A stretch of 64,000 nt of DNA from Ylistrum balloti (GCF_031769215.1 NW_026782038.1:310001-374000), one strand, 5' to 3'. Positions 25,562 to 39,900 are shown, numbered from the stretch's first letter. Numbers and translations: made by a program. The notes: a model not told the origin generated them from the letters alone.

Positions 25562-27420
25562 GTCAATATGCAACCTTATTAACGTCACGTGTTCTGCAGT
25601 AAACTTCATTAACGATCTTCAGCTACAGAGAACCAAAATACCAATAAAGATGTAACTAGCCTTCACAAATGATAGTGTGTGCTTTTTCCACACACAAGAG
25701 AAAAAAAGAGTTCAACATTCGGGTCAGTACTTTGCCAAAGACTACAAATGACAAAGTGAAGAACATTACCCGGCTGTAGTGTTTGTTTTCTGTATGGTTG
25801 ATCTGTATATTTTATAATGAAGGAGTCAAAGTCCCAAGTAACAGTCCAATTTCGTAACTGCAAACCTAAGACCTAAGAAATGTTTTGTTCAGATGAACAA
25901 GTCGAATTCAATAATAAACCCCAAGAATTGAAGTGTTCCGATTGGACTGGTCGGTCATGATCATTTTATTTTCTATAGTTTTAAGTCCAACTGAGGATTT
26001 TTCATTCTATAAAAAGGACCAATGTGACTTTGTGTGAAAATGTGAGTGTAGCACGCGAATTCGGAAAGTAAGCGGGAGAAAGTCGTGTTAGGAACCGAGA
26101 GAGATAATAGTGTGACGACACACATGGAATGGGGAGTTTTTGAATGTGTGTCTTTTATAACAACTATCCCATATTTCATGTATTTTAGTAACTAAATAAA
26201 TTGTTACGTTATTTGTTGTTTTGTCGTGTTTTATTTCAATATTGCTGACAAGTATAATCACCTTCAAAATCAGAATCCTTCTTATCAACATGCTGCGAAA
26301 TATGCATAAAATCCCATCAGTCAATTGGACTTGGATTAAAAACCTTGAAGGCCCGTGTTTAAATGTTACTGATTTACAATGGACACCCCGTATCAGCACA
26401 CGATGAATTATTTCGTCATTTGGTGGTATCATCACAAGTGAACATCGTTTAGAAAACATTGATTAAATATCGGAGAAAATATGTAAATTTTATACGTAAT
26501 GTCTATCAATATGAACGTATTCGTGTGTATGATATGCTTTCTCCATTCAGGAAATTAAAATTTTACTTCAATGGTAAAACTATGAACAGAGAGTATCGAC
26601 ATGTACAAGATATATCGTGTTTGTGGGGAAAATGTGTACAATAACATGACGAATTCTATGTGTCGAAATTGGTTGATTGGGTACAACTTTAAAACAATAC
26701 TTTATTGGAAACGAACATATATCTATTCGATTGTACCATTGTTGTGCTGCTTGTGGTACTTTGTGCTCATAGACAGATACCTGAATCGGCGCCGACATTT
26801 TGGTTTAGTCACGTGTGTGCTACTTAAAAGTCACGTGGTATTCCTACCCTGATAATCAAACATATCTTTCAAAGTAATGTGAATGGGGAAACAGACTAGG
26901 AAAAGCACACAAAAGAAAAGAACGGATTGAAATCCTTGTTGCATTACTTTCTAACAGACACTTGTTGACATACACAAAGGCAATGAACCATTTGGGTCGA
27001 TTTGTTGCTTTGACTTTTGTCTTTTAAGAACTTCAAACCTACAATGTACATGATCAAATCGCCCACAGAGATATCCTCATTTCGATGACGTAGAGATGAA
27101 AATATCGAAATCCTTGATCTTTTGCCTTTTGGGAAACTGTTTGCAGTAAGTGTTAGCGCAAAGATCCGGTTTTTACCACGATGTTTTGGTAAGACAGTCT
27201 GAACTATCTTTACTGTATCTTTACGTGTTAGTAACTGTTTACCACTCTAGAGTAACACAACACAAACCTTTTCGGGGTTTAGATCTATATAAGGAATAAT
27301 CTGATTCAATCCGCTCGTAGTGTCTTACAATAAAACAGTATCTACATACATTGCTATCATTAAATGGGGTAGGTCGCCTATTAATTACGAATTGAACCTT
27401 GACCAGTTGGGTGTCGGAGA

Positions 27421-27930
27421 ACTGACCGTTAAGTGATAAATAGGTCCTATCAGATTGAACCAATCACAGAACGCCGTATGTTAAGTGATAGTGATGTTCT
27501 CACAGATTGAACCAATCACGGAGCAAAGATTGTTAAGTGATAGATAGGTCCTATCAGATTGAACCAATCACGGAGCGCCGACTGTTAAGTGATAGAGATG
27601 TACTATCAGATTGAACCAATCACGGATCACCGAGTGTCAAGTGATAGAGATATACTATCAGGTTGAACCAATCAAGGAGCACCGAGTGTCAAGTGATAGA
27701 GATGTACTTTCCGATTGAACCAATCACGGATCACCGACTGCTAAGTGATAGAGAGATCCTATCAGACTGAACCAATCACGGAGCGCCGACTGCTAAGTAA
27801 TAGAGAGGTCCTATCAGAATGAACCAATCGCGGAGCACCAACTGTTAAGTGATAGAGATGTACTATCAGATTGAACCAATCACGGAGCACCGACTGTTCA
27901 GAAATAGAGAGGTCCAAACAGATTGGTTCT
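27421..27930. repeat. 52-bp minisatellite, 9 copies plus partial inverted end
   Basis: Consensus TTAAGTGATAGAGATGTACTATCAGATTGAACCAATCACGGAGCACCGACTG. GAACCAATC at 27457, 27509, 27561, 27613, 27665, 27717, 27769, 27821 and 27873; inverted GATTGGTTC at 27921. Confidence 0.95.
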
Positions 27931-30599
27931 AGCTTAATGTCTAGTTATGTCTAAGAGTGCCGGCTAAAACTGTTCAACGCTTAGATTTTTTATTTTCATT
28001 TCTCATTTTGTCCTACATTACTTGCAATATTCCTCCGCCGATTTGACAGTAGATGAGCTGGTGATAGACAGCTGTCTTCGGTAAGGTAACATCATAACAA
28101 TGGTAAACATTTATACATAAAACGTAAAAGATTGCAGTAATTCAGAGTTTTTTTAAAATGAACATCAGGATTAGACGTTGTTAGATTTGATAGACCTACT
28201 TCAGATGTTATGTATATATAGAACAGTTCGGTTGACAACATAGTCTCCACCTTTATATTGTTTTACCATGATTTATCTACAAACTCTGGTGTAGCTAGTC
28301 CACAAAAGGATAAAGAATACGAGATTACAAAAAGTACAATTAATTTCGTAAACATCTAAATAAGCAAAACAGACTGATAGCATTGTTAAACGAATATTAT
28401 GCATTACAAAATAAACAGCTCAAACAAAATCAACAGACATGGATACAAAACAAATGGTAACCAATTCAAAAAGAATGAATACAAAACGGTCAGTCACTAT
28501 CCGAATTTTATAATTAAATCAATATCGTTTGTTTGATCACAAATTTCATGGAAAATATGCTATGTACAGAATACAACAAAATGATGTACAATCATAGTTA
28601 TCATATTGTCTTTGACTGTTATGGAAGTCTGCCCTGAGCTGGGGAATTCTCGAATCGTGTATAATAGATTGCTTGTTTTACTGATACATTCATATTGACT
28701 TATAATATATCATATGTATAGGAACTTAGGTCTCTGAAGGATCAAACTTACTAACAAAACGTTTGAGTTATCTCCCATCCAACCTAAGTATTGTAAATTA
28801 CAGCCGCACGGTGATAGCTTTCCAATTGTCTTGGCTTCCGGGTACGAAAAAACATAACATCTTGTTACAGAAATGTTATACAGATTCACTGACCTGACAA
28901 TAACCAAACACAGAAGCAGGCACGCACGACTTTGTCAAGGAAAAGTATCTGTACGTAGAAATCGCCCAACGTTAAATATTATAAAATATGGAATTAAGGG
29001 CTTCGGTATCCAGAACTCGATCATTTATAGCCATCGATTTTAATTTTTTTCAGTCGACGTACAGTAGGATAGTAATATTGAAATGATCTTCATCATTAGC
29101 TATTGAAAACACTAGGTTGTACGTACAGTGTATTTCACTAAATACAACACTATACACATTTGCTATCGTCAGCAGTTTTACACTTGATTCTACTTCGTGC
29201 TGTTATTTTCTGGACTTTGAAAAATGTATTTACATGTATATTTAAAATCAGAACTTTGACAACAAAGTTCGTACAAGAATTAATTAAGGCTGAGTTTTTC
29301 GTCTTTTTTAACGGACTGCTCCCGTAAGGATTATCCCCCTTCTTGTATTATAAACAACAAGTTACAACCCTGACCCGTTATGTAAACATTGTTTTGACGC
29401 CGCAAGTTTCCGTGATTATTTGGTCTCCCTTATACCAGAACTAACGTATGTTATTCGACGTCATCCGCTTTTTGTCATCATAGTGTTGCGTTTTCTGTCT
29501 CAAATACGATCACCTTCAAAATTCCAGCTCTTAACAACAGAATAGAAATTGGGTTTGTGTAATAAAATTATTCACTGTTGATTGAACACAAGTTTTATTA
29601 TATTTATTGACTCTCTAGTTTCCATTTTTACTGAAAAAAAAACAAACTTTCTCTGACACTGAAATAGTTCAGCTAGTGTAAGATAGGTATTAAAACGAAT
29701 TTTGTCATTTAACTTCTAAATGACAGCCATTGATGCTTAAAGCACTCTCAACAATCACTGTGATGTTATTGAAGTCACACATGGATCAGTTCTTATATAG
29801 TCCTTTTTTTGCCGAAAAATAGAAATTCATATTGTATAAGTTCATATTACTGTTTGATTCAGCAGTGAAAAAGCATTTTATTCATGATTGTTGTTTAGGG
29901 TTATCAGACAAATTTTCTACCAGAGTTGTCGTTCCATACAGTACCTCGATACCACATTTGTATTTCCTAGAAATTGCGTATATCGCCCTGCCGAACGTGT
30001 TTCAGACGTGTCGTCACCATATCTGCCGCACTGTCAAGTTCTATCACATAATCAGCCTTATATCCGGTGAATTCACTTCATTCGTGGGTTTTTTTATTAT
30101 ATGTTACTGGTGTAAGATACACTGGGGCGTTTTTCATTGGCTAGGTCAGAAATCAATTATGATGTCACAAACAAGAAGGACAATGATGTTATGTCATGAA
30201 TTGAAAATGACATAACTAAATGGTTACTCCTTTTCAAAAACAGTCTCCAAGTTTCAATTTCTGCTCGCCATGGATCGCCAAGGATATCATATTAAATGGA
30301 AACGTACACTGTTTCATTTCACGGTAATTGTCTACGGTCGTTATCCTTTCCGACAACTCTCTTTCGAATTTCAACTTTTTGCATATCTTTTGTAAATGAT
30401 CTCCTCCTTCTCTATCAAATGTTACAATCGAGAAGGATGGTTATTTTTTTTCAGATTTTAAGTTCATATCTACAGGGCCATTGCCGATTCGTGGTGATAC
30501 CTCCTATTTCTATTGCGACTGTGAATTCTCCCAACAACCTACTGTATTTTATGACTTCAATTCTTTGTGTTCTACCAACCGATTATCTACTCCTTCCTC

Positions 30600-31140
30600 A
30601 AACCTTATACAGTTTCTACAAGTTTCCTTGAAGGCAGTTTTATTTCGTCGTATCTTCTGTTTGCTATACTGGTCATCGGCCATATTTTCGCTGTTCTCCA
30701 TCAAGGTGTACCGCTGAGCGCAGCCCAGGAAGAGAGTTTAGGCTGCTTTCTGAAGATGGTATGTGGAAACTCAATAATGGATCAATAATGGAGTCCACCA
30801 ACGGTTCTCCGAAATTTCTCTTACAAAGAGTCTGGATCAAGTCTCTTGTTGTTTCCCACACAAACTTGTCATATATTCTAACGTGTTTTTAAACACAATT
30901 ATTTTTTATCTCCAATAGTAGACTTGCATTTGTCTGTCCTTTGTTCAAAATATTATGTGCAATAACCTCAATTACTACATCAAACTTAGGGGAGGATGTC
31001 TGATATACCTTCAGCATTAGAGAAAGACTGATTCATTAATGGTTTTACATCCTTGTACAGTCATGGGCATTAGGAAATGGGCTCCACAGACAATGGGGCC
31101 CGTGACGGACGATTGTATAGTGCCATCGCATTGAAATATC
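30600..31140 (-). mobile_element. Possible heavily decayed Penelope-like retroelement RT relic
   Basis: Weak motif echoes on the minus strand (FQCDG..GPIVC, RIYDKFV, DSIID, NRLVEHK). They are not continuous and the similarity is faint. Confidence 0.3.
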
Positions 31141-33493
31141 ACAACCTAGATAAGGTAATAACATGACACCCACTCGGGTAAATACTGCCAATGAGCTAGC
31201 CTGACCCCGTGCATCTCATGGAATGAGGCTGAGCGATAGGAATGAGCACGACATATCACTTTGAGACTTTGGTATGTTACGGCTTGAGGACAGAATTCAT
31301 TTTCTTCCTTAGTTGGGCTGGAAATAAAAACCGTCAAAGTGAAGGCCAAGATATACATACAAGAGAATCAAATATTTTGTTTGAGGAAATTAATATAATT
31401 TTTTTATCGCATTTTACAATCATCCAATTGTGGCACCAAGTATATTTCTGACAAACTACCTGTAGTTCAATGTATTGCGAATAATTCCTTAAGAAAATAT
31501 TTGCGATCTGTGTAAACCTTACCAATCAATCAATTCAATCAATGGGAATGGTTATGCTAGTGATACTCCGTTAAGTATCAAGGTTTTGTTGTGCTCGAAT
31601 TACATTTTTATTTCCGTTAATATGCTGTCTAGTACACAGTTTTGATGTCCAAACAACTACTGGTGTTGTACTCTTTCTCAATATGGTACAGACAGGTACT
31701 TCTTTGATATCAAGAAGTCGAAACATTCAGATTCATCTTGTACAAAACATTACAAACTATTTTGTAGATTCTCCTCGTAGTAGTGTGTGACCTCCTAGAA
31801 ACGAGGAATGTCGGGCATCCGTCGATTATGCCTACCATCAACGTCCATAGCGCGTGTCCAAAATCCTCACAAATGTCACTTATCGGCCATCGGCACGTCA
31901 AAGTGGCTTTTCTACATCGGATCTGAGCATATATTTGCCAATTACTAATTACCTGCGGTGCCAAAAGGAAGCAGAAATGTGTATCGTTGTTCTGATATAC
32001 GTCTTTATGTAACAATGGCTTTCAACTTTTCAGGTCAACCTCATAAAGCATCAGTAGTGTAATTACAGGTGTAAAACTACCACCTTGGCCGGGTAAGACG
32101 CGTTAATTTTATCATTTTCTGTAAGTGGCAGTGTGTTTTACGACGACATGATGTCACATACGCTTCAGGTCAACTGAAGTCACCGCTTTCGAATTCTTAT
32201 TAACAGTGACCCAGAGAGGAACTCTCGCTTAGATATATCTGGCAATTTACACGGGGAAAGTTGTAGATCCAGATAAAGCGCATAAAATGAAATAATTATG
32301 ATACATGTAATTTAAAAATATAAACAAAATAAAAAGGCTAAGTGAGACAAATATCTACATATTCTTGAAACTCCATGTCAAAGTACTTGTTCTATCTCGT
32401 CCGCACAAATGTGCTAACTATTCCGCGTTTAAACATTGTGGCATACTGGACTACAATGTCCAACTATACCTGTTAAATCACATCGATTTTCTAGGACATG
32501 AGAACAGTTTCTGTGTTAAAAAACACAATCTTAATGCACGGACGTCTTCACCTGTCTTACTATTTGTTTTCTTAAACTGACTTTATACATAAATCTAAAA
32601 TCAATTTAACATACAAGTAAATCATTACAAAGACAGTTAACTGAAATACCTCGAAATTAATTGTGACGTAACGTACACCTTTCTCATGAATAGACAGGTT
32701 TTTAGTGAGTATCTAAGGTAGCAGCGTAGAGGACACCTGGGAATTCTCGCCAGAAAATCCCAATAAACTAAATAGAAAAAACCCAGGTCATTTGATTTCC
32801 GAAATGAAAAACATGATTGTGCAAAAAGTGAACACCTTGCAGTAATTGAGCTAGGAATTAAACATGTACTGAAATAGTGATAGTGTGAGTCATAAGAATC
32901 TTCCTGAAATTGGTCATGTGGATATTTTAAAAGGCTTGAGATGTTGGTTATGAAAGATAAGATTATGAAAGATCTCTCAAGACGTTTAGCTCTTGTACTT
33001 GTAGAAATATGTATATCTGTAAAATCAGAGAGCCAGTTATCGAGATATCCCATCCTTATTTTTGCTTATTATATATTTTGTTGACACTACTTTCTCCACA
33101 AACTTTGTTATATTTACGTCACTCAGCTGTATTGTTTAAACAAAACACTATTATATTGTGTACGATACCTTTAAATTACTTTAAATTGTTTTGTTTACAA
33201 TGGTTTATTACCTTTTGTTTACAACATTTTATCATATTTTGTATACAATCTTTTTTTTTTAACTTTTTTTTTTATTTTGTTTTTCAAGATTTTACAAAGG
33301 TATGCAACACACGATATATACTAGACTCACATACACATACACACCCTAGCACACATCACACTACACCCATGTACACTCACTCAAAACATGCACTCATTAT
33401 TTCCTACTCTTTCCTCTTTGCTGACATGACATACAATGTACTACTGTGTTTCATTCACACGCCCCTATAATAATACAAACTCAATGACTGCTG

Positions 33494-33534
<41 letters not shown>

Positions 33535-33760
33535 GTCATCATCATCACCATCGTCATCATCATCATCATAGTTATCATCATGATCATCGTATCATCATCA
33601 CTTCATTATCATGATCATCACCATATCGTCATCATCATCATCATCATCATCATCACTATCATATCATCATCAGCAGTAACACATATTCAGCATTGTAATC
33701 ATCATATCATCATCACCACTTCATCATCAACCTTTTATCCTCATTATCACATCATACACT
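33494..33760. repeat. (CAT)n microsatellite, perfect then degenerate
   Basis: Long CATCATCAT run that produces the poly-Ile/His ORF 33436-33762. Confidence 0.95.
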
Positions 33761-33869
33761 GATCAACAACAGAGCTGTTTATTATTATTAGTGTTTTGCC
33801 TCATCATCATCTATTCACACCTAATCCCCAAACTTTATTCAAAATTATATGTTTTCAATTTTGTATACA

Positions 33870-34225
33870 ATCTTTATTTACAGCACTTTTTTATCTTTTG
33901 TTTACAATACCTTATTGTCTTTTGTCTAAAATACTTTATTGTCTTTTTTCTATGATACTTTATCTTTTGTTTACAATACTTTATTATATTTCGTCTACAA
34001 TGCTTTGTTATATTTTGACTGCAATACTTTATTGTATTTTGTCTACAGTACTTTGTTATATTTTGTCTACAATACTTTATTATATTTTGTCTGCAATACT
34101 TTATTATATTTCGTCTACAATGCTTTATATTTTTTGTCTGCAATACTTTGTTATATTTTGTCTACAATGCTTTGTTATATTTTGTCTGCAATACTTTATT
34201 ATATTTTGTCTACAATACTTTATTA
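33870..34225. repeat. 24-bp minisatellite, about 15 copies, with a decayed relative at about 33130-33300
   Basis: Unit ATATTTTGTCTACAATACTTTATT. The 8-aa periodicity shows in ORF 33874-34143 (KYCRQNII). Confidence 0.9.
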
Positions 34226-34999
34226 TGGCAAGTAGTTATTTTTATTATCTTACACACCTGATGAAGACTTGCGTTATAATACGAATGATTCCTCAGCATT
34301 GAGAATGCTTGATTCACTACGTTTCTCTTCCCTATATTCTGATTGACAAAAAGTCGGTTGAGCATCAGCACACTGGTTTACCAGGGGAATATTTACAGGC
34401 GGTGTGTAACTTTAACAGTTTCAGCTGTACTTATTTCTCATGACGGAGATTGTTGACGTAATAAACATGAAGCTAGTAGGATAACAGGCACGATATCGCC
34501 CTCGTAGCAGCGTATAAATCGTTGATTGTCGTCGCTTTGTTTTCGAAAAAATGGACAATAACGTGACATCTGGATCATATTTTATTTCTGATGGAAAGTA
34601 ACATTCTCTTTATTGGGTGAATGAATATACTTTTTCTCAACAAAGAGACCAAAAACTTTCAGGAAATACGTCGCCAGCCATATCTGTGTCCTTTTAAGCT
34701 GATTGTCAAGCTACTGTGCGTAAAAAAAATCGGGAAAAGTTGTACTTTTATCAGTCGGTAAATGTCATCAACCGATTCATCGTACACGCCACCCAATTTT
34801 CACTTCAGACGATTCTGATCACAATCGGCATTGTGACAGATCGCGTGACAGCGAGAGCACGCGCAAAAATGTATAAATACAATAAATAGATAAACATGAT
34901 TAAACCAAGCGTGACATTATCCCTCGCGCCCCACTGTTTAAAAGATATACAGTCATATAAAAATTTCAACAAGTTTAAATTATATTTGTTATTTTTAAT

Positions 35000-35570
35000 C
35001 GTTACATACAAAATATAGAAATTGAGAACTTCTTCTAGGGTACTAGCTTAATGCCTGTACAAAGTTTTGAGTACAATGTAATTACCTTGAACTGATCTGA
35101 AAAAAAACTTTTTTGATCTGGCCTATCTGTTTCCATGGTATTCAAATGGAGAGATTCCCAATATCAAAAGTTATCACTAGCTTAATAAGTCTTAAAAGGT
35201 TTGAGCAATTACCTTGAACTCTTTCAGAGCACTGGTCCAGAAAAACTGAAATTTGTGACGAGGGTTATCTATTTCCATAGTAACAAAAATGCTTTAACTA
35301 GGGCACTAACCTAATATATACAGAAAGTTTTGAGGAGTTGAGTAGAATGATTTCGAAGTTGTAGCTTGGAAAGGAAAGTAAACGCTAATTTTTGGCTATG
35401 TTTCCATGGTAACAGAGAAAACATGAAAAATGAAATGTCGCCAAAACTGTTGTTCAGTTGAGTTTAATGGTGTTAAAGTTATAGCCCGGAAAAGCCCTCG
35501 GACGAACGGACGGACGTACGGAGCCCAAACTTATATCCCCCGCAAACGCGTTTCGCAAGGGATAATAAAA
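35000..35570 (+). mobile_element. Non-autonomous interspersed element (Helentron-associated/HINE-like) with internal 130-140-bp subrepeats
   Basis: Subterminal GGACGAACGGACGGACG microsatellite followed by terminal hairpin ATATCCCCCGC-AAACGCGTTTC-GCAAGGGATAAT. Internal subrepeats carry GTTTCCATGGTAAC-like motifs at 35129, 35271 and 35400. Confidence 0.55.
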
Positions 35571-36943
35571 ACAAATACCGGTACAGTAATCTCTCAGTAT
35601 TGCTAGCTGACTTTCGTTTGTTATACAAAAATGTGGTTTTTTTCGCACATCCAAAAGATCGGCAGCTGCTTTCATAGGGCGCTATATTGTATTTATTGTT
35701 CTTCCTACTTGCACTATTTTACTGAGATAAAATTTCTAGATGCAAAGAAAAGTTATTTGAAATATGTATTTTCGATACAACAATTATGTAGTTCCGTAAT
35801 GCACGTTGCTGTTTTCCAGAAAATTCACCTTTCCTGCAGTTCACAAATTTCAAAATAAAACATCAATCCTTTCATCGATGTTTTGTTGTTTAATCTGAAA
35901 TACCACAGTGTTTTTAGTATTCTTAGTATTGACGTTTGCCTTATACGAATAGTTCAGCAAATGCACAAAATAAAAACGACCAAGTGCAAATACCTTAGGA
36001 ACACATATTACATTTTGTTTGTGTATTTGACATTTGCCCTGATGTTGGCACGTAAAAAAGATTTGAAAGAACCACCGATGTGTTCTTTTTCGGGAAAAAT
36101 ATACCGGAATAGTGACCCTCTTTTTATTAAGTCAACACGAGCGATAAGCTGAGAACATTTGCAAATCCGTCTTTATCTGATTTCAGATCTTAAAATGCAA
36201 AATACAAAATATATCGGTTTGCTGTAGTATCACAAAATGATTTAGTAAATTTTCTGACGATGCCTAGCTTTTACTTAGATAGTTAAAGATTTCGCCCACA
36301 CTAACGATATTAAAGTTTCAACCAAACATGAACTCTGATGTATTGTATTAAGTAATTCATTATTATAATATGTTATAATATTATGTTATGTAAAAAAAGG
36401 AATGTAAGTGCCTACCGGGCGCGGTTTACCTAGCTGGGCGTTTTCCAATTTGCGGTGAAAAAATCGTGCCGCTAAGAGAGGACAAAATATCGCGATGAAG
36501 ATATTTAGAAAAAAATCTATAAATCAGCGCAATAAACGCTTCACTCTTACTTACTAGGCGGCAGGCCTTGTTACGTATAACAAATATCAGTATTATATAT
36601 ATACCGACCGGTAGGAGCTCGCAGCATCGTGCAGTTGACAGCGACACTTTTGTACAAAACGAGTCCGTGAAGAAGAAAAGATCATTGTTTCGGGGACTTG
36701 ACCATCGGTCATTAATCTGTCACTTCGGACACCAGCCTGCAGGTGTTATCTGATTATGGGACAGTTGAGCCGAATGAACGGTTTTATAGGCATCAATAAT
36801 TTTATAGTCCATAACTGCTATTTATCACATCTAGCTTGTTATTTGCTTATCATTTACGTAGGAGGACGTGCAAGAGGTTAGTCAGGGACTTGAGCAGTAG
36901 TGTTCATTCGGACTAGGACTGGGCAAGGTATCCAGCAGTAACC

Positions 36944-39900
36944 ATGATGAAATCAATGGTTTCGTTAGGATTGTGCTGTATCCTATTCTCAATCATCACC
37001 ACTACATACGGTCAACCTCCGTTCCCGACTTTTCCTCGGTTTGGTCCTCCACCCAGGATTATAAGAGGATTTCCTGGTCCTCCGGGGTTCGGTAGAATCG
37101 GATTTAGACCGCCTTTGGGCAGGCCAGCATTCATTGGAGGGGATATTTTTGGCCCACCGCTGGTAGGTAGGCCAGGGATCGGAGGTGGCCCAATTTTCAC
37201 CCAACCAGGCAATGCCATATTTAATGGAAATCCATTTGTCCCGCCGTTTTCACCTGTAAATGTTGTGAATAATGGTTTGCCAGGAAATGTGGGATTTCCG
37301 ACAAACACGGTTGTTCAAGGAAATTCAGTAGCAAACACAGGAATAGCGCCAAATTTTGGAATCGGTACCGCAAACACTGGAAATATAGGTACGGCTGGCA
37401 ACACAATTGGGAACAACGTATTCGGAACACCAAACACTGGACCCAACACAGTAATCACACAGGGGCCACCAGCAACGGGCACTGGTGTTCCGGTTAATGT
37501 AAACACCGGCTTCCCTACTAATTTAAACACTGCCTTCCCTGCACCTGTTAACACTGGCTTTCCTGCAACCCTAAATACAGGTTTTCCAGCACCCTTACCG
37601 AACACAGGTTTTCCTGCACCTGGTTTGAATAGCGGATTTTTTGCTTCGGTAAATACCGCTATTCCAGGAACTTTACCAAGCACAGGTGCCGCGGTTCCAG
37701 GGTCCACAAATGTTTTCGGCGGAACTAACACTCTAACCGGAGCCGGGGTTCCGAGTGGAACTGGAACATTGACAAATCAATTTTTGTTGAATAACGGAGT
37801 TCCTGCTTTGGCTCAAGTAAACAGTTTAGGAACACAGGTGACCAGCAATGTACAAACAGATGGAACTCAGGATAATATGGTCCTGGCTGCCGGAAACTCA
37901 TTCGCCAATCGATTTACCGTCACAGGTGAAGGTGCTTCGCAGACTGGAACCTTCGGTGGTGAAACTGGTGGCGGTACCTTCCAGGACCCAACATCCGGCC
38001 AGACCATTTCAGGAAACACATTATTGAATACCGGTTTGGATAATGCTGTTCCGGCTGTTGATACTTCAGGAGCAGGCGCAGGGACAGGTGCAACAAGCTC
38101 TGGGATCCAGGGAACCGAACTTCCTTCAGAAGTGGCCGTAATTGGAACAATCGGCACGACGGATGCGGGAACTGTTGATCCAAACGCTCTCCCAACAACA
38201 GCTGTAGGATCAAAATGCCAAGCAACGTAAGTTATCTTATCAGTATTTAGTCATTAAGTATATATGGGGTCAAAGGTACCTAATTTTATACACATTCACA
38301 CTGCAACAGTTTGAATCGCTGAGCCAGTTGAAACATAATCTGTAATTTTTATCTCAGCTGTTGATGGACAGTTAGTAAACACAGAGAAGACAAATCTCCC
38401 TTCCTCGTGACATGATTTTTGTCGGAGTTCGTAGAGTGTCATGGCTTAATATTCTAGAAATGTTAAATAGTGAGTCCTAAATGGCAGGAGAAGCTTGTGG
38501 AACTTCATCACGTCCTGAAAGTTATTACTTTTTATAAGCAAGCCTGCTTTTTGAAATGAAAAGTTAAATAAGTTTACTTTATATTGTACACGACAAACGA
38601 AAGTAATTTGGGACTGCCAGGATACCAGTCATCATAAAAAAACTGATATGTCGTTCTCTGTTTTAAATCAGACTTAAGCAAAACCTATTAAAATTTGTTG
38701 ACCCATGAGAATTTCAGAAACTGTTTTTCTTGTATTTACAGTGGATGTTCAGCCGACCAGCAATGTGTGTTTGCTGGGGAGTACCCCTGCGCCATGTACC
38801 TAGAATCACTTGAGTGTCGCTGTCAGGCAGGTACGTAATTGATTTTTTATAAGTAATCATCGGTGAAATAGTCATCTTTACAGAACACAAGACTTGGTAA
38901 CTCGAATATCTTTAAAAATTATGATAAATACCACTTTGGAACTGGAATCCAGATGGTTTGTTTAATATATATATAATACGCCATGTTTTTTAAGTATATT
39001 TGATATAATGTTATGTAACATGTTATACACTTGTTTCATTTCCAAGATCTATAAGATACTGAGATATAGCTAATAGAGCTAACCCAGAAGGAGGTGTGTT
39101 AACCTCCTTTTTATCTATGGTTTTTTATCATTTGTTTATTGTATAAACTTTTTATACAACAAACAGCTTATAGTGTATTTCAGCCAGAGGTTTCTTTCAC
39201 TTGCCGTTTCATTTAAATGATTTTTTTCCTGAAACACATTGTTTCCGTTGTTAACTGCATCCTCTTGGCGACAGAAGTCGTAATCTGACATTATATCTTA
39301 TAGCAGAAAGACCCGGTCAATTTCCGATCGTTGAATTATAACATCTTTTTGTCTTATCTAGGGGATGTAAAATGGAAATATTAATATTACTGTCTCTTTA
39401 ATTCTTATCGATATAATGTTAATACTATTTAGCCAATAGTGCAAATAGATTTAGTAGTTCCAGCACATTTAAAAACCAAGTAAATTGTACAGTCTCGTCA
39501 TGTATAGTTGCTCCTCTACCTCATAACATTGAGGTAAGCCATACCCCCCCCCTCACACACACACACACACACCCTCTACTTTTAAAGACACTTCAACATG
39601 GTGCTGTGTCTTCATTTGATATATTGATTGAGCTGACGTATGACTTCACTATGTCGCAGGTTGCCGTGTGATGAACTTCTTTATTCCCGAGGGTCAGTCC
39701 CGGCAGGTCGACAGCTGTGGTAACGTTTGTTCGTGTGACCAGACAGGAGAGAACAAGGGAACGGTTAGTATAGTAAAAACAAGAGAGTTCCATGTTTGTG
39801 TTCGTTCGGAGTTAATATGTCAGGATCGCGTCATTGGCATGGATATTGCGTTAGTTATATCAGTAAGATGATAAAGGTGACGCGCCATTGTGCTGGGACA

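Noticed and set aside
25354-25566. Cys-rich ORF (CCCGCCCCCPCCPCCCCCCC) resembling a metallothionein or keratin-associated protein
   Set aside because: It is the antisense reading of the CAA/CAG poly-Gln last exon of gene C, which has a proper acceptor, completes the 12-Cys domain and is followed by AATAAA.
27421-27930. Resemblance to the tet operator (AGTGATAGAGA and CCTATCAG halves) and to a CRISPR array
   Set aside because: The halves are in the wrong order and spacing for tetO, the units have no unique spacers, there are no cas genes, and the context is eukaryotic.
33436-34302. Poly-Ile and hydrophobic ORFs that look like membrane proteins
   Set aside because: They are direct products of the (CAT)n microsatellite and the AT-rich 24-bp array.
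36989-38225. Several antisense ORFs over gene D exon 1 (likewise over genes B and C)
   Set aside because: They are shadow frames of codon-biased low-complexity coding sequence with no independent features.
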